Notes: generated by a model from the sequence alone, not told the origin. A DNA stretch of 64,000 bases from Vicugna vicugna (GCA_013265495.1 MU058844.1:12980184-13044183), one strand, 5' to 3'. Positions 23,731-36,179 are shown, counted from the stretch's first letter. Numbers and translations: made by a program.

Positions 23731-26521
23731 TGGTGAGAGAGAGTTTTACATAATGGTGAAGAACATAGCTTCTGTCAGCAAATTCTCTAAGCTCAAATGC
23801 TAGTTTTACTATTTGGGTGACTTTGAGCATTTTATGGTACCTCTTTGTATCTCATCTGTACAGTCTCCTCATCTGTAAAATGGATTTACTGTCAAATTTA
23901 GCTTGAGCAATTTCTAGCAATTTTTTTGGCATCTATGTAAAGAGCTGAAGTTAAAACATTTCTTTTTTTGAACTTGTAATTCATGGAAGATATTAGCCTT
24001 TACTTTCATAAATACCAAAAATGGATTTTGTATTAACTATGTAGAGGGTGGTGTTTCAGACAACTATCATGAGATAACTAACAAAAAGGTATCAGTGGTA
24101 GCGTTTCACTAATCAATGATAGTACTAATCACTAATTATAGTGGCTAATTGATAATAGTATTTCAATCAACAAGTGACCTTGCCTGTTACCAGTGAGTTT
24201 CCAATGAGACTTGAGAATAGGTCTGAATCTGAACACCTATCAGACCACATATCAGAATGAACTTCCTTCCAGACTAATTCAGAGTCATTCATTAAGGTGG
24301 CTCAAGTAATATGGATGAAGATAAATCTAGGCCATAAGGGTGTAGCCTATAAAGGAAGATACGCTTTGCCAGTGTTCTAATATGCAATATAATTAGGTTT
24401 CCAGTCTAGACACTTCTGAAAACAACACAAGCAGCCAAGTACATCAGGTCAAGATTTTAGTTCAGAAAGTGTGATGAGAATGAATATTTCATAGGATTGT
24501 TCTTCCTTATAAAAGGATGACCTCTATTACAGAGTATATGTTTAGATCTGATACATATTTGGCAGTGCCAACGTCTTCATTATCTATGATTCACTTCCCA
24601 AAGTAAAGAGAGGAACACAAGTGAAAAGGAAGTTAATACTTATTAGGATTCCTTGCTTCCAAATGCAACATCTACTGCATTTACAACTCTTACTGCCTCG
24701 GTTAGCTGTTAACCCAAGATGATTATTATTATTTTTTCCTCCAAGGTGATAAGTAAACAAATGGCTTGAGCAGCAACCTCTATGCTAATTCTGAGGTAGA
24801 GGATGATTGTGATTATGAGTCCTGTTCCATTTTCATTCATTCAACCATCACTTATAAGCATCCACCATGTTGGCCATGAGAAGCTCAAAGTCCCACCACC
24901 ATCACTGCTATCTTTGCTGTTCCCTCAAGATCAGGATCAAGGGCAAGAAGAGTAATTGAGACAGGTTTCTAGAAAGTATAGTCTTGTTGAAAGTGTTTAA
25001 ATTAGTCTGTTTAGGGGTAAATGTTCTGCTGACACTGACTCTTTTTCATCCCATAATTCCAGATAAGATGGACCTAGAAGTTAAGTCTATCAGGTAACAG
25101 ATCAAAGAATAAAAATCAGGGGTGCTATTGACCAAGAGATATTCACAGAATCTTTCCATCACCCCACAACCCCTCATTTCACCCCCGATGAGGAAGAATC
25201 TGTCCATGCTGTAGAAGGAAGGATCTGTCCATGCTGTAGGCTCTGGATGTCTTTTCCTTGATAGGGCCAGAGCCAAAGACAGAAAGCCTAAGAGCTCAGG
25301 CTAGTCTGGGCAAAATACATTTATCAAATTGTATGTGGTCTACTCTAGGTCACAAGGACTTGGGCCACTTGGATTTGTGCACTTGGACTTGGGTCAGAGC
25401 CCAGCTAAATCCAACATGTTCGTTGGCCAGCATTATTTTCTGTGCATGTATTTCATTCTAGAGCAGAATTCAGGTGTGCTGAGTTCTTTGGATATCAGTC
25501 CCTCCATTTCCCTTTATTTGTAACAGACAACATAGATTTGATGAACCAAGAAAGCACATATCCTCAGGACAAGCATTTGGGGAGTAGAAGGCCCCAGCGA
25601 GTGAGGGAAGCTGCTGTAGGATTGGATAGTAGCAGAAACAGGGATTACTTTTGGGTGCCAGATAGTCCAGGACTTCAAATACTGGACCAGCAAAGAGCTG
25701 TGAGAGCCAAGTCCAGCTCATCAGTCAGCTCTGCCCAGTGGATCTGGAGGCGCTGACTTCCCCTCTGGAAGCTCAGCCAAGGAAGTCAAGCCAGGAGGAT
25801 GAGATCACTGTCGCCTTATTAATGTCCCATGTGTAACAAAAGTGGGTGGCAGGAAGAGTTCTCTTTCCAGAGAACACTCTGTCTTGTTGCTTAGTTAAAC
25901 AAAGGCAAGTAGGTTTCAAAATGTGTGATATTTCAACAGGAGGCAGGTAGGTACAGGTCCACGATCCTTCCTCTGCAATTGCATCCAAAAACCTCTGAAA
26001 AACAGACCCTTTTTTTTTTTTAATAAGTTCAGGGACAAAGCTTATTTGGTGCAAAGCAGTTGTGTCTCAGAGCTCCTGCCCATCATGATCACATCTGCTG
26101 TGTGCATTTTTTGTTATTTTGAAATTTGGGTTTCATTTCACTCTTTGAAAAGATTGAAGTTGTTCCTGTAGGTAAGAGGGAAGAGAAGGAAAGGGAGCCC
26201 CTGTTCTAATCAACAACATAGTAAGAAAAGTTATTACAAGAGACAGAAATTAGTGTCTGTCTTAATGAAAAATAGAATATTGGAATCAAAACCATATATG
26301 ACTGAAAACTGAATGGCAAGTTGTGGAAGATTTTTTATGCAGTGATGATCAAGAACTAATTGCAAAGGGCAAACAGTGCAGATCATGACCGTGTGTTGAT
26401 AAAATGGATTCGACAGTGGAAAAGTGAACATATACTGCTAGTTTATTGGTCACGAAACAAGCTACTATAATATATGACAAAAACTGAACATTGAAATCAA
26501 TGTAAATGTTCAGAAGGCTGC

Positions 26522-27041
26522 TGTATTGGTCAGGGCTCTCCAGAGAAACAGAATCGATAGGGTATTATATATGATTTTATATATATATGGTATATAAATA
26601 ATATAAATATATTAATAATAATATATAATATAATAATATAAATATATACAAATCATATACATATATACATTATTTATATATATATATATATATATATATG
26701 ATTTATTTTAAGAAATTGACTTATGTAATTGTGGGGACTGGCAATTCCAAAATCTGTACAGCAGGTTGGCAGGATGGAAACTCAAGACAGAATTTCTATG
26801 TTAGGGTTCTAAGCAGATTTTCTTCTTCTCCGGGAAATCTCAGTTTTTGCACTGAAGCCTTCAATTGCTTAGTTGAAGCCCACTGTCATTATTGAAGGTA
26901 ATCTTCTTTACTTAAACTCAACTAGTTGTAGATGCTAATGACATCTACAGAATACCTTCACAACAACATCTAGACTCATGTTTGACCAAAAAGTGTTCAC
27001 TGTAGTCTAGCCAAGTTGACACACAAAAATTAACCATCACA
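26522..27041 (-). mobile_element. ERVL solo LTR (MLT2-like) with internal (TA)n, inserted in the transposase
   Basis: TGTATTGGTCAGGGCTCTCCAGAGAAACAGAA...CCAAGTTGACACACAAAAATTAACCATCACA; perfect TSD GCTGC (26517-26521 / 27042-27046). Confidence 0.93.
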
Positions 27042-28287
27042 GCTGCCTACAGAATTTAAGAGTATCATGGAATAAAATATCTAAAAAAATGTAATGAAAG
27101 CACTCCTCCTGATGTTGCAGCAGCAAAAATCTTGACAAATTTATTAAAACGGTGTCTGATGTAAACCTTAGCCCTGAATATATTAATGATTTTGATAGTA
27201 AAGTTCTATATCAGTACTGAAATCCCCCCACCCCACATCACTTTTAAAAGAAAAATCATTAACAATGACTGAGAAGAGAGCACCTACAGGTTTTGACAAC
27301 ACTAAACACAGGTGGACTGTTCTTGCATGTTCAATACTGCAGGAACGCACGAGATAAACTTGACAGTGCCTGAGATCTGAAAGGTGTTTGTAATTTACCT
27401 ATACAGTAGTATGCAAACAAGAAAATATAATATTTTACTAGAGAAAAATATTTCTGGAGAATATTTTATGATGATTTAATAGCTACTTTGTATGAGCAAT
27501 GTAGTCACCTTGCAGGCGAGCTAGACTGGAAGAAAACTGTAAAGCTGTGTTGCTCTTGGACCATGGCTTTGTGTACATTCCTCCTAAACTTTTTGCATAA
27601 TAAAAAAGTTTTTCTTTTCCTCTGAAGATGACATCAGTACTACAACCTTGGGACCAAAGAATTTATGAAAAGCAAGTATAAACACTCTTTCCAAACTGTA
27701 TGTGTGCTTCAGTGAACAGAAGCTCAGGGATCTGAAACTTCCTAAAGGAGTTTAGTCTTAAGGATCCCATTTGTGGTGATGCCAATGCTCAGAATGATAT
27801 AGTTAAACCAACACTGACAAATTATGGTTGTGGACTTGTGGCTACTCTGATGCTGGAAATAAAATTTCCAACAAAGACTTAGAAGAATTTGGGGTTATTA
27901 ATGAAAAAGTAATGATATCAATCTTTGTTATTCATAACAAATATTTATTGGCTGACTATATTAGAAGAAGCTGATAGCAAAGAAATATTGATCATTGACC
28001 AGTAATATAATTGTGTTTCTTAAGTGAAGGGAAAATTGCTAAAAATGATAATATGGCTAAGCATGAGGATAACAGAGGTAATAATGGTGATGACGTGATG
28101 AATATAGGTGAAAAAATAACCATAGATGGTCTGGTGATGGTTAGTTAATGTGAGGTTAAGCAGTCGCTAGTATTGGACAGCATGCTTTAATCAGTGATGA
28201 AGAAACCCTTGGCATTCATGTAATTAAAGTGAAATTGCTTAGACGGAAGTCCATAATAATGAAATAAACCACACTGGAGGAATTGTT

Positions 28288-29511
28288 AGCTTTATTTAAT
28301 TTTTTAAAAAAATTTTAAAATTCACATCATTTCTTATGATTCTTTGGTTGCCTGGAAAGTAGATTACTCAGAAACACAGCCATAATTTTTCTCATGGCCC
28401 TTTGCTATGTAACATTGCTTCTGTTCATTTTTCTCAGTCTATTTTCTCTCTGCTTCACTTTGGATGGTTTTTATTACTATGTCTTTTTAAGTTCAATGAT
28501 GTTCTCTTCTGTAGTGTCTAATCTTCTGTCACTCCCACCCAGTGAATTTTTCGTATCTTTCATTGCTCTCCTCATTATGCTGAAGATTTCTTTTAAATCC
28601 TTGAACATACTGAAAATAGCTACTTTCAAGTGCCGTATACCAATTCTCTCCATCTCAATCATTTCTAGATCTGTTTCTGTTGATTGATTTTTTCCTAGGT
28701 ATGAATCACATTTCCCTACTTTTTCAAATGTCTATAGTAACTTTTAGTAGCTCTTGGAATGTAAAATTACATTTTATTTTGCTGAGCTCATTCTTAAAGA
28801 AGTGTTGGATGTTATTACTGTAGGCTTGACCATTTCAAGGCTTGAATGTTTCAAGGCTTAGTTTTTTTAAGCTTTGTTAGGGTAGGTTTAAGATACAATT
28901 ATTTAAGGTAGCCTTTATTTCAGGGCTAATTTAGTTTTTCTGCTAACGTGTGGTGCTTCAGGGTACCTACTGAGTGTTCTGGTTGTTCGATGAGGACTCT
29001 TCACTCTGAATGATCAGAAAGTGCGTCTCCCAGCTCTGTGTGTGCCCTGGGAATTGTTCAACTTACAGCCCACTGGTCTTTCTCTGCTTGGCCTCATGGA
29101 GTTTCTTTCTGTGTATTCTGTGTGGTTTACTCTTCAGCAACAGAGTCTTGGGAAGCCCAAATCAGATTTCTAGAACTCTTTTTTTTCTGCATTACTCCTT
29201 CCCTTCTGATATACCTGTTAGCAGATTCCATCCACTTTCACCACCTCCCTGAGGTGATGCAACAATACCACCAAGCTCTGCTTAGGATAACCCTTCCTGT
29301 ACTTTGGTCCAGAACGTGCCTCCAGTAGGAAAGCAAGGGTGATCAGAGTGCTCACCTCACTTGTTTTCCTTCTCTCATGGATCACACACTTGCACAGAAT
29401 GCTACCCAGTGTCCAAAAACAGCTATTTTATGTATTTTATTCATTTTTCGTTTTTTACAGCAGGAGGGCAAGTCTAGATCCACCTATACCATCATGTCCA
29501 GAAACCAAAGT
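28288..29511 (-). mobile_element. Old L1/HAL1-like element (5'UTR/ORF1-type sequence) inserted near the transposase C-terminus
   Basis: Minus-strand start ACTTTGGTTTCTGGACATGATGG, ORF1-like TCTTCTGTAGTGTCTAATCTTCTG; T-rich end; candidate TSD TGGAGGAATTGTT / TGGAAGAAGTGTT. Confidence 0.7.
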
Positions 29512-29668
29512 TGGAAGAAGTGTTTTAAAGGCTGTGGATAGTGCCACTGCTTCATCACTTGAGAATCTTGCTCCTGCCCCCTCATCTGATGTCCAGTTAT
29601 AACCTGATGACTAACATATCCTCTTCTCTATGGTCTTCAGGTAAGTGGACATGAGAAACATTTATTGA

Positions 29669-29669
<1 letters not shown>

Positions 29670-29698
<29 letters not shown>
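29670..29698. repeat. (TG)n microsatellite
   Basis: Direct reading. Confidence 0.95.
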
Positions 29699-29701
<3 letters not shown>

Positions 29702-29911
29702 CATACACTCTAAAACTTAATTTTATCCTATGTATAGTTGGAATTTTACTGATTATTTCTCTTAGAGATAAGAAATACTTTTTGATCTATATTTATTCCA
29801 CTATTTCATTTATAAATTTATAGCTATATAAATAAACCATAATACTATTTATAGTCTTTAGCTTGAATAGTCATGTTTCTCTGCAGAAATATTAAGTGTT
29901 TGATTTTGGAA

Positions 29912-30270
29912 TTTTGCTCAGGCTGCTGTTATGCAAAATACCATAGATTAAGTGGTTTAAACAACAGACATATTTCTCACAGTTCGGAGCTGAAGTCCAA
30001 GGTCAAGGTGCCCGCTGATTCTGTTTCTGCTGAGAACTCTCTCCCTGGCTTGCAGATGGCTGCCTTTTCACCATGTCCTCACAGTGGAGAGAGCGCTCTT
30101 GTGTCTCTTCCTCTTTCATAAGCACACCCGTTCTATCAGATCAGGGCTCCACACTTATGATCTCATTTAACCTTACTCATCTCTTTAACGGCCCTGTCTC
30201 TAATATGCTCAACATTGAGGGTTAAGACTTTAACATAGGAATTTTAGGGCGACATGTTCGGTCCATGGTA
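29912..30270 (-). mobile_element. MaLR LTR (MLT1A/B-like) inside the Tigger right arm
   Basis: GGCTGCTGTTATGCAAAATACCATAGATTAAGTGGTTTAAACAACAGA...GAAGTCCAAGGTCAAGGTG...GAGGGTTAAGACTTTAACAT. Confidence 0.88.
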
Positions 30271-30544
30271 TCTGCAGACTCCTCTGGGATATTATATAAA
30301 ATATGGTATGTGAATGAATAACCTTTCTAAAAATCTTTAAAATTCTAAATTATGAAATATCCAGCCACTACGGTTTCTGACAACCCGTTATTGACCTGTA
30401 CGAAAATATCTGAGAACCTATTTCCTCAAAAGAGTTGGGATTGTAAAACTATTATTCCAGAAAATAATAAAATTCTACAGAAATAAAAATATTTCAGGGC
30501 TTGTTTCTCCCTCTGAGCGTCCTTCTTTCTGAAGAGGATGGGGC

Positions 30545-31255
30545 TGTTAAGAACTCAATGAAAGAGGTCTAAAAATCTCAGCTGTGTTTGCATTTCAGCC
30601 TCAGCCTGCTCTGTCCTTCCGTTTAAACTCGTGCATGTCCTCCTGAGGCAGGAAGCCCCATAAAATGACCGGCAGGACCCCTAGGCAGGGCTGCTGCTCT
30701 ACTCTTAGCACCATCCGGTTCCTTGGCGCAGAGACTCTATCTCACTCTTTGCCCCTAAAGCGGCTAACTTACACCTAGAATTCTATTGGTTCCCTGAGCT
30801 CACTTCTGATTGGTTATTTCCTTCACTCCTGATTGGTTATTACTCTCACTCCTGATTGGTTATTACTCTCACTTCTGATTGGTTATTACTCTGACTCCTG
30901 ACTGGTTATTACTCTCACTCCTGATTGGTCCACTTCCCTAACTTCTGATTGGTCCATTTGTAGTACTTCATTTGCATGGAACTCACTTCTGATTGGTCTA
31001 TTTCTACAAAGCTTGTTCCTGGTTGGTCAACTTCTGTTGTACTTTATTTGCATATGATGTTGCAAAGTGCAAAACTGGCAGCCTATAAAAGGCCTGTGTA
31101 AACCGATAGACAGGGTCTAGAGCTTGAAGTGTTAATGCGTGTGGGTCTGCTGGTGTAATAAATCTGAGTTCTCCAACTCTCCGAGTGCTGCTTGGTCTCT
31201 CGCCCTAATCCAGGTTGCTGTTATAAGTAAACTGTAACACATTTTTTCACAACAC
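30545..31255 (+). mobile_element. Probable lineage-specific ERV solo LTR (boundaries approximate; no TSD found)
   Basis: Begins TGTTAAG; U3-like CCAAT array, TATAAAA 31084-31090, AATAAA 31157-31162, ends ...TGTAACA or TCACAACA. Confidence 0.65.
30785..31090 (+). promoter_or_regulatory. Tandem inverted-CCAAT (NF-Y) array with two octamer motifs and a TATA box
   Basis: ATTGG at 30785, 30809, 30832, 30855, 30878, (ACTGG 30901), 30924, 30948, 30992; unit TTATTACTCTCACTCCTGATTGG (23 bp); ATTTGCAT at 30970 and 31046. Confidence 0.7.
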
Positions 31256-31309
31256 TCGGAATCAGGAACAAGGCAAGACTGTGGGCTCCTATCACGAGCA
31301 CACGCTCTT

Positions 31310-31510
31310 CTGGGTACAGCACTCCTCTCCAGCTCTGCCACTCCCTGGCGGAGTGCCGTTGGGTGAGCCTCATCTCCAAACTGCCAGTAATGACAGCGCT
31401 TACCTCGAGGGCTCTTGTGAGGATTTGATGGCATGATCCCCAGAAAGTGCTTAGCTTAGCGCCTTCTGCAGTATGGGCTCTCAGTGGATGTCTGGCTATT
31501 GCCATCGCTG
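31310..31510 (+). mobile_element. MIR
   Basis: CCAGCTCTGCCACT...CCTCATCT...TTACCTCGAGGGCTCTTGTGAGGATT...AAAGTGCTTAGC. Confidence 0.65.
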
Positions 31511-32004
31511 CTTTTGTTGTTACTGTTAAAGGTGGGAAAGAGGGGAAATTACTTTGGTCATTTCCATTAAGGTGAAGGTGACTTTGAGAAAAAGGAAACT
31601 CTCAAAGGCTTCCCTCCCTGCCACTCTCGCAACTGCTTGGCACAGTCAGTGGACCTCTGTTCGTGCCTCCCAGAGGTGAGTGAGCACTGTCTCCTTCCAG
31701 CCTCTCCTGCATCTGTAGAGCTCATGGGACTTGACATACACCAACCCCAGGAAGGAGCGCAGGGGAGTAAAGAGCAACCGCTCAGAGGCAGTTTTTTAGA
31801 ACATTGCTCTTCTGGAGATGATGATCCTCCTCTCTTTCCCCAGAGATGCTGCCTGGAAAACCTCCAGAATATTCACCATCTGCCCATCACCTGTGCCTAG
31901 CACCACGCCCCTTCCCTGTTCCTTTCCTCGTTTTTCTAATGCTAAACAAGTCACATGGGTCCCCCTTATGGGATTTTAAGCTGGATTAAATAGAAGGGAC
32001 TGTA

Positions 32005-32122
32005 GTGTAGAAATACAATATTAAAATTAATTTCATTGGTTTCTTTCTTGTTTAAATGTGGCTACTAGAAACTTTAAAATTATATAGGTGGTTTGTACTA
32101 TATTTCTATTGAGCAGAGCTGC
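32005..32122. mobile_element. hAT-Charlie MITE half (MER3/MER33-like)
   Basis: AAATGTGGCTACTAGAAACTTTAAAATTATATAGGTGG...ATATTTCTATTG. Confidence 0.65.
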
Positions 32123-33351
32123 CTTAGAGAATTCTAGTTTTTTCTATTTCAATGGAACTTACATGCACAATTTAAAAATACTTAAATTGGGAGAAGGTGG
32201 AAGGTTACTAACAAACTACATGCTTTCCCCTAAGCCTCAAGTTCTGTTTGTAAGCAGTTAAATCACCTCTTCATGTACTGAAGACCAAAACTCAAATGTC
32301 TAGGGTATTAAAGAGAACAAAAGAGGGTCCAAAAAAGAGAGATGGTCCCTGCTGGCAGTGTCCTTGTCCTAGGCTGGGAAGTGAGTTGGCCAAATGGTAC
32401 TTACATGTGAAAGGGAAGAGGAAAACAAGCCACTTCTTAATCCTAATGTTCTAACACCTCTCTTCTAATCTCTCTCTAGCCTCCATCTTCTAGGAGGGCA
32501 GGAGTCTTTGGGCTGGGAAGTTACGTGGCCTTTTACGGGAGCTGGGAGGGGGGCCTGAGGACGCTGGCCCCTCAGAATAATAGGTAAAGATAAAAAACGC
32601 TAAATAGAGAGTAAGCATTTGCTTATACTCGGTGGCCTGCATTAGTAGGAACGAGTGATCTCAGTTTGAGTCAATGAGCCCCAGAGAATGTCAAGGTAGT
32701 GACAAGGAACCTTCATATACAAGGAATAAAGAGCAAACAGATGACCCAACAGTCTTCTCTGGATGACGAACAGGCCATCCACTAAGACTCGTCCCCAGTG
32801 GCAAATTTATGGTATCAAAGTTATTTTCCTTGAAGCAGCGAGTCTTAGTTTTCTCTCTTCCTGTTCGCATGTTGTCGTTTTGCCACTGAGAATAAACCAA
32901 CGACATGTGAAGTGGAGACAGCAGAACTCTTACTGTCCTCCCCCAGATAATATGCAGATAGCAAAAATGTGTCACTCGTTCATTTCTGCAGGTGCACTCT
33001 TCTAAGTAGTGTACCAGAGACATCTCTTGGAAGTTATTATTACTATTTATATTAAGAATTCTTCCCAGATAAACTATAGAGTCTGAGTTAATAGATGTCT
33101 CACATGATATATTGGAACATTTTGGGGGTGGTGGAAAGTTTTTAAATATCTTGCTTTGAATATTGATTCTGTACTTTAAAACTGATATATCTAAGTACGA
33201 TATAAATGTGGAATCAAAAATCAAGATAAAAAGTTTAGAATATTTTAACTTACTGAAGAGATTATTGAAAAGTTATCATATTGAGATTTTAAGACTATGT
33301 TATTTCCCTGACATCTGATTTACTCTCTTTCTGTGGTTTCTGTTTCTTTAG

Positions 33352-34136
33352 TGTAAGAAAATTGTGTGGGTTTTTCTGACACCAAATACATCATCTCATC
33401 ACCAACCAGTTCTCCAATTCTCTGACACTAACTGGGTGTGCTACAATTCAGTCCAATTCTGACACTACCCAGAGTTAGTACAGACGCCACAGATTAAGGG
33501 CTCAGTCCCACAAGGCGGCCTCCACTTCTAATGCAGCTACAAATGAGGTCCCCGGGCTACCTGCCCTTCTGCTTGGCCAGTTACCAATTTGGAAATTCCC
33601 ACGATGCCTGCCCTTAGATTTGGTAATTCACTAGAATGGCTTACAGAACTCAAGAAAATGTTTTCATTTCTATTACTGGTTTATTATAAAGGATATAACT
33701 CGGAAGCAGCCAAATGGAAGCGAGCATAGGGCACAGTATGGGGAGGGGGTGTGTGGTATTTCATGCCCCTCCTGGTGCACCACCCTCCCAGCACCATGAT
33801 GTGTTCACCAACCAGGAAGCTCTCCAAACCTCACCACCTAGGGTTTTTATGGAAGTTTCATTATGTAGGCATAATTGATTAAACCAACTTTCATTGGTGA
33901 TTAAACTCGGTTTCTAGCCCCTTTCCCCTCCTGGAGGTGGGGGTGGAGGTAGGGCGAAACATTCTAACCCTCTAATCACACAGATGTTTTTTGTGGCAAC
34001 CAGCCTCCATCCTGAAGTTATCTAGGGCTCCTCTGTGAGTCATCTCGTTAGCATACAAAATACAGTAAATTCCAAGAGTTTTAGATCTGTGCTAGGAATC
34101 AGGGACAAAGACCAAATATTTATTTTTTATTATACT
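33352..34136 (-). mobile_element. MER21-like LTR
   Basis: CTGGGTGTGCTACAATTCAGTCCAATTCTGACACTACCCAGAGTTAG...GGCTCAGTCCCACAAG...GGGACAAAGACCAAATATTT. Confidence 0.85.
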
Positions 34137-34641
34137 CCCAAATGATCATGATAAATAGTACCAACCATTAACATTTATTGGATGTCAGTGATGATGCTCA
34201 CTGCTGTGTGGTGGGGGCTGACAGGGGTGAACGGGGGAGAATGTGAAACCCTCAGAGATTCTGATGGAGCAGATAGAGGGTGGGGCATGGGAATCAGCAT
34301 GTTAATAAACACTCTAGGTGATTGTAGTTCAGGTGGTCCACAGATCACTCCTTCAAGAAAAAAAAATATATCCTTTAAAGCAGTTTTGACACTGTTCTAC
34401 CTTGTTTAGTCGAACAAAAGTTATGTTTTTATTCAGATTTAGAGCATTAGGTTAGGTATATCTAAACTAATGTCTGTGAAAGATTTTATTCTAATGCAAT
34501 TTGTGTCATAGACCTCAATAGACACTCAGGCCGATTTGGTTTCTGAAACAGAGAGCAAAGAAGTACTTGAAAATCTCTAGTGCCCCCATGGACTTCATCC
34601 AGAGATAGATACACTCTAGCAATAGATCAAGTATTAAAAAG

Positions 34642-34863
34642 CAGGGCTTCTCAGCGTCGTTACTGTTGACATTTGGGTCTGGATAATTTTGCTGTAAGGA
34701 GCTATCTATGCATTGTGGGATGTTTAGCAACATCTCTGGCCTCTATTCACTAGATGCCAGTAGCAGTCACCCCTTCCTCCCCTTCAGTTGTGAACCAAAA
34801 ATGTCTCCAGACATTGTCAAATGTTCCCTGGGGGACAAAATCCACTCCGGTTGAGAACCACTG
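34642..34863. mobile_element. MER20 hAT-Charlie MITE
   Basis: CAGGGCTTCTCAGC...CATTGTGGGATGTTTAGCAACATCTCTGGCCTCTATTCACTAGATGCCAGTAGC...GGTTGAGAACCACTG. Confidence 0.9.
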
Positions 34864-36179
34864 CTCTAAAGGAAATCAGCGAAGTGTCCTGTGATAACCT
34901 CCCCTCTTCTTATTTCTCTCCCTTTAGTTAAATGGTTATGTATGCAAAGCAGCAGAGAGCTAGTTAAAGGCAACTTTGAACTCAAGGTAAATGAGAACAA
35001 ACACTAAACCCTCTTCTGGCCCATCAGGTGCCTTATGGACCTCAAGGGAGAGTCCTGGAGGGATGAGGGTGGCAGATCTTTGCTGGCTGCCTTTTCCTCC
35101 CAGCATTTAAAGTGATTATGAAAAAGACTAAGTCATTCTCACCCGCTTTAACTACAACCAAAATTCCCCAAACTTGATCGTTGAAAACATCATCTTGTCA
35201 ACAGGAACATTTCCAGGAGTTCTTAGGCGTTTGTGAAAGTGTACTGCTTCTACACATGCCCAGAACTATTATTACCATCAGAAGCAGGACCCAGGATTTC
35301 AGGGACCTCAGGGGGATCCACAGTGAGAGGAAAGACACCGTGGGAGGTATGGCCAGTGTTATTTATAGTTTGCCTCAGGTTGTTGACACCGGTCCAAGCA
35401 ATTCTATCCTTGCAGGATAAATTCAGGTGGCCAGTTCCACTTGGAGAAAGATAAATAACTGATCATTGATTTTTCTATAGGTTCAGAAACTTTATGTGCA
35501 GCAAGAAGGAAGAAAACAGAAATAAAATCCTCTCTTCACCTCTGCTGTCCAGAAAATGAAATATGTCTTCTTAGACTCTGTTTGGATGACTCAGTTTCCA
35601 CAAGATGGTGTAACTGTGGAAACCCTTTTCAGTTTTTCAGTATAAAATGAGATGGGCTTTCCTAACCTTGTAATCTTAAAAGAGCTGTTGAGGTATGTTC
35701 TTCCCTTACTGAGCCTGGCACATACAGTTGAAGTGGTTTGTGATGGATATAACTTGGTATATACATGGGTGTAGCCCCAGGAATAAGCGCTACCAGAAAG
35801 ACTTCCTTCCCCAAAGCTCCCAGTCATCCCAGTCGGGTCTGAAATTATAAAAGCATTGAGATAAATGAAGTTACAACTTACAGCCCAACCACAGCCCTTT
35901 AAAAAATTCAAGCATCCCTGGGAAAAGTAACAGTTAAGATGACATCAACTATTCATACTTCAGTGTGAATTAGGTTATTATCTGGCATAAAAATGAGGAA
36001 TTAGCATAGACATTGAGACTCTGAGGGACATTTTTGAGGGAGATGGGAAAGGAGGGATTGTTTGGAGGATAGCAGGTCGTCTAGAAAGAAGAATCTAAAG
36101 CAAAAATTAACTGCTAACAATTTCTTCTTTTTTAGTGCTTTATTGTTAGTGCTGTCGTCTTCTTAGTGCTTTATTATTA

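Larger units (their letters stand above)
26170..29602 (+). pseudogene. Decayed Jerky-like (CENP-B HTH + DDE_1) transposase of the fossil Tigger; many stops and frameshifts
   Basis: Manual translation blocks: NIGIKTIYD; DHDRVLIKWIRQWKSE; SEG[MLT2]..HGIKYLK; PEYINDFDS; APTGFDNTKHRWTVLAC..TAGTH; KGVCNLPI; LEENCKAVLLLD (D at 27559); FPLKMTSVLQPWDQ (D at 27652). Collinear with JRK/JRKL/TIGD motifs. Confidence 0.85.
25954..30398 (+). mobile_element. Full-span fossil pogo/Tigger (Zombi/Tigger4-related) DNA transposon with MER46C-type ends; ~2.3 kb after removing three nested insertions
   Basis: TA|CAGGTCCACGATCCTT...TCCAAAAACCTCTGAAAA at 25952; right end ...GGTTTCTGACAACCCGTTATTGACCTG|TA at 30398-30400; internal transposase remnant. 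Confidence 0.85.

Noticed and set aside
26170..29602. Functional JRK/JRKL/TIGD gene or processed pseudogene
   Set aside because: Many stops, frameshifts and nested insertions; bounded by TIRs and TA duplications rather than a poly(A) tail, so it is a transposon fossil.
30795..30960. CRISPR-like array
   Set aside because: Eukaryotic context; head-to-tail 23-bp units with no unique spacers and no cas genes.
32691..33224. 177-aa minus-strand ORF
   Set aside because: Non-ATG start, AT-rich composition and no similarity I recognise.
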